DNA from: an uncultured delta proteobacterium
Lineage (GTDB): Bacteria > Desulfobacterota > Binatia > UBA9968
DNA length: 64,000 bases
Direction of reading: 5' to 3'
NCBI GenBank assembly: GCA_963760795.1
Contig: CAVXEP010000012.1
Span: 352,001 to 416,000 of the forward strand
The notes under the pieces were generated by a model. The model was given only the letters and a program-made list of their open reading frames with translations, was not told where the DNA came from and searched no databases. Position numbers and translations under genes: made by a program. Positions 52,168-61,693 of the stretch are shown here, piece after piece. The stretch's first letter is position 1. Each line of letters opens with the position of its first letter.

Positions 52168-52967
52168 CTAGCGCCCCTTCCACGCCGGAGGACGTTTCTC
52201 GGCGAATGCACGGGAGCCTTCCTTTTGGTCCTCCGTTGTCGAAAGGGCCAAAGCCAATTCGCTCTCAAGCCGCAAACCTTGGTCAATGGGGAGTTCCACA
52301 CCTTTCGTGATAGCTTTCTTGATGGCAATCACCGAAAGTGGCGCGCCGAGGCAAATTTTCGCGGCAATTTCTTCTGCGGCGCCGAGCATCCGTTCAACAG
52401 GAACCACCCGGTTCACGAGACAAAGATGATAAGCCTCCGCGGCATCGACAAGCTCACCGGTAAGACACAACTCAAGCGCTTTCGCGGTTCCGATCAGACG
52501 CGGCAACCGTTGAGTCCCCCGGAGCCGCCGAGTCTCCCCCGGCGGACTTCCATCATGCCAAGCTTCGCATCCTCTGCCGCGACGCGTATGTCACAAGCCA
52601 GCGCCACTTCCAGACCGCCGCCAACAGCGTAACCTCGTATGGCCGCGATCGTCGGCTTGTCCATTGCCGAGATGGCTTGATGATGCAAATGGATCCCAGG
52701 CCGGTCGCGTGCATGGAGCTGCGCGAAAAAACTCGGTTCTCCGCCCTGAGGCGGCCGCTCCTTCAGATCGAAGCCGGTGCTAAAAGCCCGCTCGCCCGCG
52801 CCCGTGAAAATACCCACCCGGACTTCAGGATCACGTCTCAGCTGGTCACAGACATCGATAATTTCCCGTCGCATTTGCTGATTGATCGCGTTCATAACCT
52901 CAGGACGATTCAATGTGACGTAACCAACATGATTCTTGATTTCGTAGATAATGGCTTGGTAATTCAC
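52168..52967 (-). CDS. Enoyl-CoA hydratase/isomerase (crotonase), -1 frameshift in a G5 run at 52516-52520
   Basis: AFSTGFDL, GGGLEVALACDIR, GGSGG / TQRLPRLIG..EG.RAFAEKRPP.WKG. Confidence 0.88.
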
Positions 52968-53014
52968 GATAAATGCTCCTTCTTCATCTGCGCCGTTATT
53001 TCAGACAGGCTAAA

Positions 53015-53845
53015 CTACTCTTCGACTGCTATGAAACGGCAAGGCGAAGCTCCGCCCCTTTTGATCAAGAGAGGCAACACGATCATCTTCACACGATTTT
53101 TTGCGATCTGGTCGCAATCAATCAAACACTTGCAACCAGCCATCGCCTTTTTGATTAGCGCGCCGTAGCTGCTCGGCTGTGGGCTGCCGTGCTTATGCGC
53201 GCCAAGATCTATGACTCTTTCTCGAGCTTCGGCCGATGGCCAGGGCTTCGGATGCGGGAGCAACGGGGTCTCACCGCGGAACCAGTTGTTGCCCTGAACG
53301 CTGGGCGGATTCACCAGACCGCAATCGGTCATGAACAACCCACTACCCATCTCGTCCATCTTTTTTGCCAATAGCGCGGCCGCATCGAAGTGAATGCTGG
53401 GAGTTCTTTTGTAGTAGTCGATGCCAAGCTCGTAGGCTCGCGCGCGCGTGCCCCAGCCGGTCCGGAGCAGCACCTCGTCGCCTTTCTTATAGTCGGCTTT
53501 ATTGATAGCCGTCTCCATCTCGTCGGGCGTGATCTCATGCCCTTCCGGAGCGCTAATATCGAGAAGTACGGTATCCCTGAGAATTAGTTTTTCGAGTGGT
53601 ATTTCATCGAGCAACCATGAAAATTTAGGGTCGGGCTGGAGCGGGGTTGCATCAAAGGGGTTGCGCTGGTGCGGGACCATGAACGGACTGCCGGTCTCGC
53701 CGTCGAGCTTCATGCGGGTCATGCGCAGGCCGTGCTTGTCGTAGTACATATATTCGTGCAACCGCACGGGAGAATTCGTAAAAGGCAAAATCTCGCCGTA
53801 TCCCGCGCCTTCCCAGATCGGCATCGTCAAATCGATAAGTTTCAT
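53015..53845 (-). CDS. Cyclase (KynB-like) family protein lacking the HxGTHxD motif
   Basis: LIDLTMPI, GD.VLLRTGW, P, LPL.I..G.ASPCR.IA. Confidence 0.75.
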   Translation of the reverse strand: MKLIDLTMPIWEGAGYGEILPFTNSPVRLHEYMYYDKHGLRMTRMKLDGETGSPFMVPHQRNPFDATPLQPDPKFSWLLDEIPLEKLILRDTVLLDISAPEGHEITPDEMETAINKADYKKGDEVLLRTGWGTRARAYELGIDYYKRTPSIHFDAAALLAKKMDEMGSGLFMTDCGLVNPPSVQGNNWFRGETPLLPHPKPWPSAEARERVIDLGAHKHGSPQPSSYGALIKKAMAGCKCLIDCDQIAKNRVKMIVLPLLIKRGGASPCRFIAVEE

Positions 53846-53849
53846 CGCG

Positions 53850-54605
53850 TCAGTCCTCCAAAGCTACGACTCTGCACGTTGAAGCCACGCCGCGCACAAC
53901 TTTCAACGGTGACACAATTATTTTGATTTTGTCTTTCTTGATCTGGCCACAGTGAACCAACTTCCGCACAGTCATGATGCCCGCGCGGGCGAGTACCATC
54001 TCTGCGGCAAAATCTTTCTTGGCTTTCTCGCCGTCGTAAAGGTGCAAGTACATGCGCGCCTCGGGGGACTCCGCCGCGGGAGTCGGCAGCATGGAACACC
54101 ACTCGGGGATTAGATGTTTGTCCGGCCAGCCGACCAGCGCCGTATCGACCAACAACAAATCGCTCTGGTTCTGATTCATTCGTTTCGCCAAATATTGTGC
54201 TGCTTCCAGAGATAAATGCGGGCTGCCGAGGAGATAGGATTCTCCATAAGGCTTGTCGCCCCACCCTGTCGCGATCAGAATCGCTTCTCCCTTCGCAGGT
54301 TGAGCTGCATCGAAGCCATGTTTGACATCTGCATCGTTTATCTCTTCACCCTCCGACTTGGCTATATTGATCACAGTGGTAGGCCGCAAAACCAATTTAT
54401 CGAGCGCCACTTCATCGAGCCGCGCGGTCTTGCGAAACGCTTCGAACACCGCAGGCAAGGTCAGACACGTGCCCGAGTCGCTACCGATAACCATCCCCTT
54501 TTCTTGATGATTCTTGGGTCCGAGAAAAAACTTTACTGATGTCGGCAAGACATCGTCGGGCATCCATTGATGATTCAATGGCATTGTCAATTCATGGAAT
54601 TTCAT
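53850..54605 (-). CDS. Second divergent cyclase-family protein
   Basis: ELTMPL, GEAILIATGW, SPHLS.EAA.YL, PLK...G.ASTCRVVA. Confidence 0.72.
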   Translation of the reverse strand: MKFHELTMPLNHQWMPDDVLPTSVKFFLGPKNHQEKGMVIGSDSGTCLTLPAVFEAFRKTARLDEVALDKLVLRPTTVINIAKSEGEEINDADVKHGFDAAQPAKGEAILIATGWGDKPYGESYLLGSPHLSLEAAQYLAKRMNQNQSDLLLVDTALVGWPDKHLIPEWCSMLPTPAAESPEARMYLHLYDGEKAKKDFAAEMVLARAGIMTVRKLVHCGQIKKDKIKIIVSPLKVVRGVASTCRVVALED

Positions 54606-54617
54606 AATCCTCCCATG

Positions 54618-54812
54618 CTAGTTTTCGAGATTTTCGATCCTCCCGCTTGCCCCCTCCACGCCGAAACCTTGGCGCGGCAAATGATTTACCCATGCGAGTC
54701 CCGGTGACCAAAGCAGCACCCAACCAAATGCTTTCAACATCGTCGGCACCGCGAGCGATACCAACATCGTTGAGTAGATCGTGGAGCGAAAAGGAATAGC
54801 GGTATTTACCAA
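54618..54812 (-). pseudogene. Internal fragment of an iron/polyamine-type ABC permease
   Basis: T.IPFR..IY..MLV.LAVP.ML.AFGWVLL.SP..G.VN. Confidence 0.55.
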
Positions 54813-54817
54813 GAACT

Positions 54818-55658
54818 TTAGCGTTCTAAAGAGTAATTGATCATGATCCGCTCGGCGCCATAGTATTCTTGCAAGAACTCACCCTGGTTCGCATAGCGCC
54901 GCTTGGGCAAGAGGCGGGCTTGAAACGACACGGGCAATGGATCGATATTGAACGGATAAGGTGAAACCGTGGCACGGCTTTCATCTTTTATGATGAAAGT
55001 CAGAATTGCATCGGCCTTGCCGGGTTGGGTCGGCGTTGGAACATTGCTCATGGTGTTGCTCGGGCCGTTCTTGCGCTGGGTGCTATTGAACGGATAACGA
55101 TTACAAACGAACTGCCCCATCTGATCGTAGACTTCCATCAATTTGAAGTTGGTCCAGATTTGTTCCTCCGACAAGTAGTCGTGATACTCGGGCGAGCTTT
55201 TCAGTTGCTGCATGAGACCGTTGCGATAGCTCTCTTGCTCGCGGAGAAATTCTTGGACTTCCGGATAGACTTTGTAGTCCGGCATGTAAGGCAGCAAGCC
55301 GCGCCCTTGAGTGAGCAAGCCGTCGGAATGCAGCGACACGATGTAGCCGGCATAGGGATCCTGCTCGGCGAGCCGCTCGATGCCGTGGCGGTAAAAGTCG
55401 AGCCAGACTTTGCTGCCGAGATGTTTGATGCTGCCGATATAATCTGGCGGCACTCCTTCGCTATTTAATTGTGGCTTGATCTCCCAGTCCCACCAGCCGG
55501 TATCATGTTCCTGCGCCGCCAGAACCATGGCAGCGTAGGGCGAAGGCCGGGCGAATTTGTCGTTGCCCCAGTGGGCGGCAAACCAGCCGGTGACTTTGGA
55601 GTGATCGACTTGGAGAATCAATAACAAGTCGGTTGTCATCGTAAGGACATACCATCAT
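54818..55658 (-). CDS. DUF3891 family protein (+1 frameshift near 55629 hides the true start)
   Basis: GGAG-MMVCPYDDNR / LLLILQVDHSKVTGWFAAHWGN..EHDTGWWDWE, co-linear with the paralog at 60763. Confidence 0.8.
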
Positions 55659-55695
55659 AGAGCGATCTCCTTTCGCCTGGATCGTATCGTTGAGC

Positions 55696-55760
55696 GTTCA
55701 GGGTTCAAAGGTTCAATGTCAGACTCCGCAGTCTTACCTTGGACTTTTGAACCCTTGAAC
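55696..55760. repeat. Inverted array of 8-bp repeats (GTTCAnnn x3 ... nnTTGAAC x3)
   Basis: gttcagggttcaaaggttcaatg ... ccttggacttttgaacccttgaac. Confidence 0.6.
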
Positions 55761-55768
55761 AAATGGCG

Positions 55769-56734
55769 CTAAGCCATAAGTTTCCCTATTGTCGCAGCGA
55801 AAATATCCTCGAGCTCAGATGTCGACCAACCGGTATTGTTTAGCGCCGCGATGGTTTCTTTTTCCGTGTTCGGCACATGGGGCACATCGGTGCCGAACAC
55901 CAGCGTATGGACACCCCAGGTTGCGCGCGCGCAGTGCAACGCCGGCACATGGGCGCAGGCGGTGTCAAAGTAGCAACGGCGCAGATAATAGCTCGGCGGA
56001 TGGGGACAGCTTGAAAACCGCTGATAGCCGCGGTCGATCCGATCCAGAATCATCGGCAGGCCGCCGCCCAAGTGCGACCAGACGATTTTCACATCGGGGC
56101 ACTCGGCGAGGACCCCGGCCAGGGCGAGCTTGGTCGCCGCCATGGCAGTTTCGTTCGGATAACCGACCGAAAGAAAAGTTCCCGGATCATTCTGGGGCGC
56201 GTCGCAGGGACAAGTCGGGTGGACAAGAACCAGCAATTTTCGCCGGTTCATCTCCTGCCAAAAATGACGCACCGCCGGCGCCTGCAGTTGATGGTCGCCG
56301 ATATTCGTCGCTATGCCGACACCGGCGGCACCGAGACCGAGAGCGCGATCGAGCTCACGTACCATCTCGGAGCGGTCGGTTGTCGGCAAGACGGCAACAA
56401 ATCGAAATCGCGTTTGATGTTGGCGGCAGACGGCGGCCAGCCCATCGTTGATCACGCGCGCCGCGCCCGCTTCACGTGCGCCCGCCCAACCGATATTCAG
56501 TGCGCCGACCGAGAGCACCGCGGTATCGATGCCGGCCTCATCCATAGACGCTAGGCGCTTTTGCAGGTCATCTTGTTCCGTCGGCATGGACATGACATGG
56601 GTGCCGCGGTAGATCAGCGATTGTCCGCGCGGATTGTCGATGAGTTTGAAGTCGGCGCGATCCTTCAGCACTTCGGTGAAGCAGCCGGCGGGGTAAACAT
56701 GGGAATGAACGTCGATGATTTTGCTCGGCGCCAT
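55769..56734 (-). CDS. Amidohydrolase_2 family protein (ACMSD-like decarboxylase/hydratase)
   Basis: IDVHSH, LVHP, SHLGGGLP, YFDT, FGTDVPH. Confidence 0.9.
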   Translation of the reverse strand: MAPSKIIDVHSHVYPAGCFTEVLKDRADFKLIDNPRGQSLIYRGTHVMSMPTEQDDLQKRLASMDEAGIDTAVLSVGALNIGWAGAREAGAARVINDGLAAVCRQHQTRFRFVAVLPTTDRSEMVRELDRALGLGAAGVGIATNIGDHQLQAPAVRHFWQEMNRRKLLVLVHPTCPCDAPQNDPGTFLSVGYPNETAMAATKLALAGVLAECPDVKIVWSHLGGGLPMILDRIDRGYQRFSSCPHPPSYYLRRCYFDTACAHVPALHCARATWGVHTLVFGTDVPHVPNTEKETIAALNNTGWSTSELEDIFAATIGKLMA

Positions 56735-56783
56735 GGATTATCCTTCACTGCTAGATGTTTTTTGCAGTGTTTCTTCAAAGCGA

Positions 56784-59108
56784 TTACGTTGCCGCACCAA
56801 CGCCTACCCCTCTGCCAGCTTTCCGTATCAGTTCCAGTATGTAATCCGGCCGCAAGGGCAACTTCGTTACTTCAACACCCAACGCGTTCGACACCGCGTT
56901 GGCTAGAGCCGCTCCGGCAGCGGTGATGCCGCCTTCGCCGGCGCCTTTGACGCCCAGGGGGTTGTGCGGCGATGGAAAGTCTTCCGTCGAAATGAACTGC
57001 GCCTTGGGCATTTCCATGGCCGTCGGCAGCAAATAATCCATGAAGCTGGTCGACAGCGGTTGGCCGTCTTCGCCGTAGACGAATTCTTCCAAGATCGCTC
57101 CGCCGATGCCTTGGGCCAAGCCGCCGGCCATCTGGCCTTCGATGATCATTGGATTGATTTTGCGACCGACATCTTCGGTGACTAAATAATCGAGAATTTT
57201 GATCTTGCCGGTCTCTTTATCGACTTCGACTGCGGCGACATGGACACCGTAGGGAAATGGGCGTTTGTCGGTGGCAAAAAAGTCTTCTTCCGAAATGCCC
57301 GGTGTGATGCCGCTCTTGAGAGCCGGACCCGGGAGCGCGAGACGCGCGAGATCGGTGAAGGTCAACGACCGCTCGGGCGCTCCGCGCGCGACCACTCGGC
57401 CGTCGCGTAAAATCAAATCCGCCGCGTCGATTTCCAGATTGGCCGAGGCCAGGCGCAGGAGTTTGTCTTTTACTTTGCGCGCAGCGCCAACCGCGGCGCT
57501 GCCGGCCATCACCGTAGATCGGCTGGCATTGCTGCCGTTGCCGTAGGGAACTTTGGCCGTGTCGCCATGAACCACGCTTACGTCGTCGATGGAACATTCC
57601 AGCTCATCGGCGACGATCTGGCTCAGCGCGGTTGCAATGCCCTGGCCCACCGAGTTGCATCCGGAATACAGCACGACCTTGCCGGCGTTATCGATCTCGA
57701 TGCGGGCGTATTCCCAGGGGCCGATGCCGCTGGTTTCGACGAAGCAGCCGATGCCGACGCCGATGGCGCGGCCTTCCATCTTTGCCGCAGCAATTTTCTT
57801 TTTCCACTCGTCGTAGCCGATTTTTTCCAGCGCTCGATTCATCTGGCTGATAAAATCGCCGGTATCATAGACCATATAATGAAAAGGATGTTTGCCCAGG
57901 TCATAGGGCATTTCTTCATGCCGTATCAAATTGCGCCGGCGCACGTCCGCCGGATCTAGCTGCAAACGATGAGCGATCATGTCGACCAGCCGCTCGCGCA
58001 CGAAATTCGCTTCGTAACGCCCCGGGCTGCGGTAGGTGCCCACCGGAGTTTTGTTGGTGAGCACGCAGAATACGTTGGCGCGGTAGTTCTTGATCCGCAA
58101 CGGACCGCGCAGCATGGCGGAGGCCGAGATTGCCGGCACACCGCCGTGGGTGCGAGTGTAGCCGCCCATGTCGAAGAGAACCTCGGCATCCATCGCCAGG
58201 ATCGTGCCGTCGCTTTTAACGCCGATTTTAACGCGGTGGTTTTGCTGGCGCGATTGATTCATCGCCTTGAGATTTTCCGAGCGATCTTCAATCCAACAGA
58301 TCGGTTTGCGAAAATGCCTCGCCGCGAACGGGATCAAGAAGTCCTCCGGATAAAACTCACCGCGCGCGCCGAAGCCGCCGCCCACTTCAGGCTCGATGAA
58401 GTGGATGCAGCTCTGCGGCAGGCCGATCAGATCCGAGAGTATGCGCCAATTGGTGTGGGTCATCTTGGTCGGTCCCCACATGGTTAGAAACCCGCGGCCT
58501 TCGTCCCACTCGGCGACCAGGCCGCGATTCTCCAGTGGCACGGCGGAGTGGCGCTGCGTCGAAAAGTTTTCTTCGAAGATTAGATCGCATGCCGCGAATG
58601 CGGCGTCGACTTCACCCACGTTGACTTGAAAGTTGGCGGCAATGTTATTCGGTGTCGCGTCGTGAAGTTGCGGCGCGCCGGGTTGCATGCTCGCGCGCGC
58701 GTCGGTGACCGCGCCCAACGGATGGTATTCGACATCGATCAATTCGAGCGCGTCTTCCGCCAGGTATCGGCTCTCCGCCACCACCACGGCGACCGGGTCA
58801 CCGACGTAACGGACTTTTGTCGTTGCTATGGGTGTCTGCTGCGAACGCTCCAGTCCGGGAATAACACCGGTGCGCATCGGGATGGTCTTCACTCCCGGCA
58901 TGTCGGCGGCAGTGAGCACGCCGATGACGCCCGGTAATTTGAGCGCCGCGCCAGCTTCGATCTTCAGCAGGTGCGCGTGGGCGTGGGTGCTGCGCAGAAT
59001 TGCCGCGTGCACCATGCCGGGACGGTGGATGTCGCCTACGTATTTGCCGATACCGCGCAGAAGCCGCAAATCTTCTTTGCGTCTAATTCTCGAACCGATG
59101 TACGCCAT
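56784..59108 (-). CDS. Xanthine oxidase-family Mo-hydroxylase, large subunit
   Basis: RKEDLRLLRG.G.Y, VGGGFG, GQG, ASRS, KGAGEGG; active-site loop TYRSPGR. Confidence 0.93.
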   Translation of the reverse strand: MAYIGSRIRRKEDLRLLRGIGKYVGDIHRPGMVHAAILRSTHAHAHLLKIEAGAALKLPGVIGVLTAADMPGVKTIPMRTGVIPGLERSQQTPIATTKVRYVGDPVAVVVAESRYLAEDALELIDVEYHPLGAVTDARASMQPGAPQLHDATPNNIAANFQVNVGEVDAAFAACDLIFEENFSTQRHSAVPLENRGLVAEWDEGRGFLTMWGPTKMTHTNWRILSDLIGLPQSCIHFIEPEVGGGFGARGEFYPEDFLIPFAARHFRKPICWIEDRSENLKAMNQSRQQNHRVKIGVKSDGTILAMDAEVLFDMGGYTRTHGGVPAISASAMLRGPLRIKNYRANVFCVLTNKTPVGTYRSPGRYEANFVRERLVDMIAHRLQLDPADVRRRNLIRHEEMPYDLGKHPFHYMVYDTGDFISQMNRALEKIGYDEWKKKIAAAKMEGRAIGVGIGCFVETSGIGPWEYARIEIDNAGKVVLYSGCNSVGQGIATALSQIVADELECSIDDVSVVHGDTAKVPYGNGSNASRSTVMAGSAAVGAARKVKDKLLRLASANLEIDAADLILRDGRVVARGAPERSLTFTDLARLALPGPALKSGITPGISEEDFFATDKRPFPYGVHVAAVEVDKETGKIKILDYLVTEDVGRKINPMIIEGQMAGGLAQGIGGAILEEFVYGEDGQPLSTSFMDYLLPTAMEMPKAQFISTEDFPSPHNPLGVKGAGEGGITAAGAALANAVSNALGVEVTKLPLRPDYILELIRKAGRGVGVGAAT

Positions 59109-59206
59109 AAATACTAATTTCGGGTTTGGAGTCGAGAGTTTTGGGTTTTCTGTTGCTAAATCATCCTGCGCCAGGGCTTTTTCCACGGTCACTCTCGGGC
59201 ATCTAT

Positions 59207-59692
59207 TCAGGACTGCGGGCTATTCTTTAACTTGGCTGTCGCCAATATCGCCGTCACGATGTTTTGATATCCGGTGCAACGGCAAAGATTTCCGCTGATC
59301 CATTCGCGCACTTCTTCCTCGCTCGGGTTCGGTATCTCTTTTAACAGTGCTTCGGCGGTAAGTAAGATTCCCGGCGTGCAGAAGCCGCATTGCAAACCAT
59401 GCAGTTCCCAGAATTTTTCTTGTAGGGGATGGAGTTCGTCGGCGTTGGGCGCGAGCCCTTCAATAGTCTTTATTGCCGCCCCATTGGACTGCACCGCGAA
59501 CAGCAAACAAGAGCGCACCGGTTCGCCATTAAACAAGATCGTGCACGCGCCGCACACGCCATGCTCGCAGCCGACATGGGTGCCGGTGAGACCGAGATCG
59601 TCGCGCAAGAAATCCGTCAGGAGTTTGCGCGGCTCCACATCGCCGCGGTATTCGCGGCCATTGATCGTCAAGCGCACTGGCTGGCTGCTCAT
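59207..59692 (-). CDS. Mo-hydroxylase [2Fe-2S] small subunit
   Basis: GCEHGVCGACT, QCGFCTPG, NLCRCTGY. Confidence 0.95.
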   Translation of the reverse strand: MSSQPVRLTINGREYRGDVEPRKLLTDFLRDDLGLTGTHVGCEHGVCGACTILFNGEPVRSCLLFAVQSNGAAIKTIEGLAPNADELHPLQEKFWELHGLQCGFCTPGILLTAEALLKEIPNPSEEEVREWISGNLCRCTGYQNIVTAILATAKLKNSPQS

Positions 59693-60573
59693 CGCGCTGT
59701 TCCTTTCACCAATGTTGCTGATCGTTGGGCCGCTTGGGCGAGGGCTCGCCGCGCCAACGCGGCGCAAGCACTGCGACGGTATTCCGCGCTGGCGTGAATG
59801 TCCGAATCCTGTTCGAGCGTTTCGGTGGCGCGCCGAGCGGCGGTCTGGAAAAGCGCCTCGGACGGTTTCTCGCCGAGCAGCGATGCTTCGACACTTCGGG
59901 CTCGAATCGGCGTTGTTCCTGTGAGTGTTAGCCGACCATGAGCAATTTTCCCGTTGGCGTCCAAAGCGATGACCGATGCGGCACCCGCCAGGGCGAAGTC
60001 GCCATGACGCCGGCTAACCTCTTGATAAGACCAACCGCAATGAACTGGTAGGGCGGGAATTTGAATCTCGGTCAACAGTTCCCCCGGCTCCAGCGCGGTG
60101 GTCATGAAAGAAACAAAAAAATCTTCGGCAGCGATGGTCCGTTGACCGGTCGGGTTACGCAGGATCATTGACGCACCCAGGGTGACCATGACGACCGGCA
60201 ATTCCGCCGAGGGGAAGGCATGAGCCAGGCTGCCGCCGACGGTGCCGCGGTTGCGTATCTGAATATGGCCGATGAAAGCCGTGGCCTCGCGCAAAAGCGG
60301 CCAGTCCTGGGCGACTATATCTGATTTCTCGAGCTGTCGTTGCCGCGTGGTCGCGCCAATATGCAGCGCACGATTGGCTACTGTCAAATAATTGAGACCG
60401 CTAACCCCATTGAGATCGATCACATGCGCCGGCCGGAGCAGGCGAAAATTCATCAGCGGCACCAAGCTCTGGCCGCCCGCCAATGGCCGGGCTTGATCGC
60501 CGAAGCGCGCCATGAGATCGAGCGCTTCGGCGATGGTTGTCGGATTGTGATATTCGAAATTTGCCGGTTTCAT
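59689..60573 (-). CDS. Mo-hydroxylase FAD-binding medium subunit
   Basis: LAGGQSLVP, QIRNRGTVGGSL, RRHGDFAL. Confidence 0.95.
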   Translation of the reverse strand: MKPANFEYHNPTTIAEALDLMARFGDQARPLAGGQSLVPLMNFRLLRPAHVIDLNGVSGLNYLTVANRALHIGATTRQRQLEKSDIVAQDWPLLREATAFIGHIQIRNRGTVGGSLAHAFPSAELPVVMVTLGASMILRNPTGQRTIAAEDFFVSFMTTALEPGELLTEIQIPALPVHCGWSYQEVSRRHGDFALAGAASVIALDANGKIAHGRLTLTGTTPIRARSVEASLLGEKPSEALFQTAARRATETLEQDSDIHASAEYRRSACAALARRALAQAAQRSATLVKGTAR

Positions 60574-60762
60574 TAGTATGTTTTCGATTTCTAATCGGTT
60601 GCGTAAAAACGCCGCATTACTTGCTCGTATCAATCCGCGCTTTCAACTGTCAAGGCAATCGCGCGGGATTTTACGCTACGACGCCCCGGTTTCGCTTGAC
60701 CACCGGGCGGTGGGAACGATTCATTGGTCACAACGGCCCCCGGGCGGCCGTTTCTCCGCCAG

Positions 60763-61608
60763 CTAAGCGGAGGCGAGCGTATGGGTTACCGTGATCCGCG
60801 CGGCGCGGTAGAACTCGCCGAGAAACTCTTCGCCGTCGTTATAGGCTCGGTTCGGCACCAGCCGCGCGGTGAAGGAAACTGGCAGCGGGTCGATGTCGAA
60901 CGGATAGGGCCGCAGGATCGCCTTGTTCGCGGCAACCGTATCGACGTTTATTTTTACCGCCGGCTGGCCATGTTTGGTCGGAATATCGACGTCATTCAAG
61001 CTATCGCTCGGGCCGAGCTTGCGCGCCTTGCTGTTCAACGGATAGCGATTGCAGACGTACTGAGCCAGCTGGTCGAAGACCTCCATATATTCATAGTTGG
61101 TCCAGATCTTCTCGTCGGAACAATGCTGTTTAAACTGCTCGGATTGGCGCAACTCCGCGAGCAGCTTTAAGCGCAGAGCTTCTTGATGATCGACGTAGGC
61201 TTTCACGCGCGGATCACCGGTGCGGTCCGGCGGGTAGGCGTATTTGCCGTAACCCGCGTTCATCAACGCCACGCCGTGCATCGCCATCAACATGGCCGCA
61301 TACGGATCGCGCCGCATTACACTGTCCACCGAGTTTTTGTAAAAATCGAGGCGCAATTGGCCCAAATATTTTAAACTGCCGTCGTGATAATCCAACGGAT
61401 ACCCCTTCTCGTTCAGCGTCGACGGGCACATCTCCCACTCCCACCAGCCGATGTCATGTTCACCCGCAGCTAAGACCACCGAAGAGTAAGGCTTGGGTCG
61501 ATCAAAGTCCTCATTCCCCCAGTGTGCGGCAAAGTAACCTGCTACCCGCGAATGATCGATTTGCAGAGCTAAGATCAAACTGGAGTTATCATAGGGGTAC
61601 GCCATCAT
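60763..61608 (-). CDS. DUF3891 family protein
   Basis: QIDHSRVAG.FAAHWGN, EHDIGWWEWE, DPYA..L.AMH, PYPF. Confidence 0.82.
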   Translation of the reverse strand: MMAYPYDNSSLILALQIDHSRVAGYFAAHWGNEDFDRPKPYSSVVLAAGEHDIGWWEWEMCPSTLNEKGYPLDYHDGSLKYLGQLRLDFYKNSVDSVMRRDPYAAMLMAMHGVALMNAGYGKYAYPPDRTGDPRVKAYVDHQEALRLKLLAELRQSEQFKQHCSDEKIWTNYEYMEVFDQLAQYVCNRYPLNSKARKLGPSDSLNDVDIPTKHGQPAVKINVDTVAANKAILRPYPFDIDPLPVSFTARLVPNRAYNDGEEFLGEFYRAARITVTHTLASA

Positions 61609-61693
61609 AAGAACTGCTCCTCACAAGATTGAGATCTCAAGGTTAAGACAGTATTCCGTAAATACTCCGATACCAACCATTCATTGTGCGCGG

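Noticed and set aside
52500-52530. Programmed frameshift or phase variation in the crotonase
   Set aside because: A G5 run is short and there is no slippery heptamer; a sequencing indel is more parsimonious.
56784-60573. Aerobic CO dehydrogenase (coxMSL)
   Set aside because: The active-site loop is TYRSPGR, not AYRCSFR (form I) or AYRGAGR (form II), and no cox accessory genes are present.
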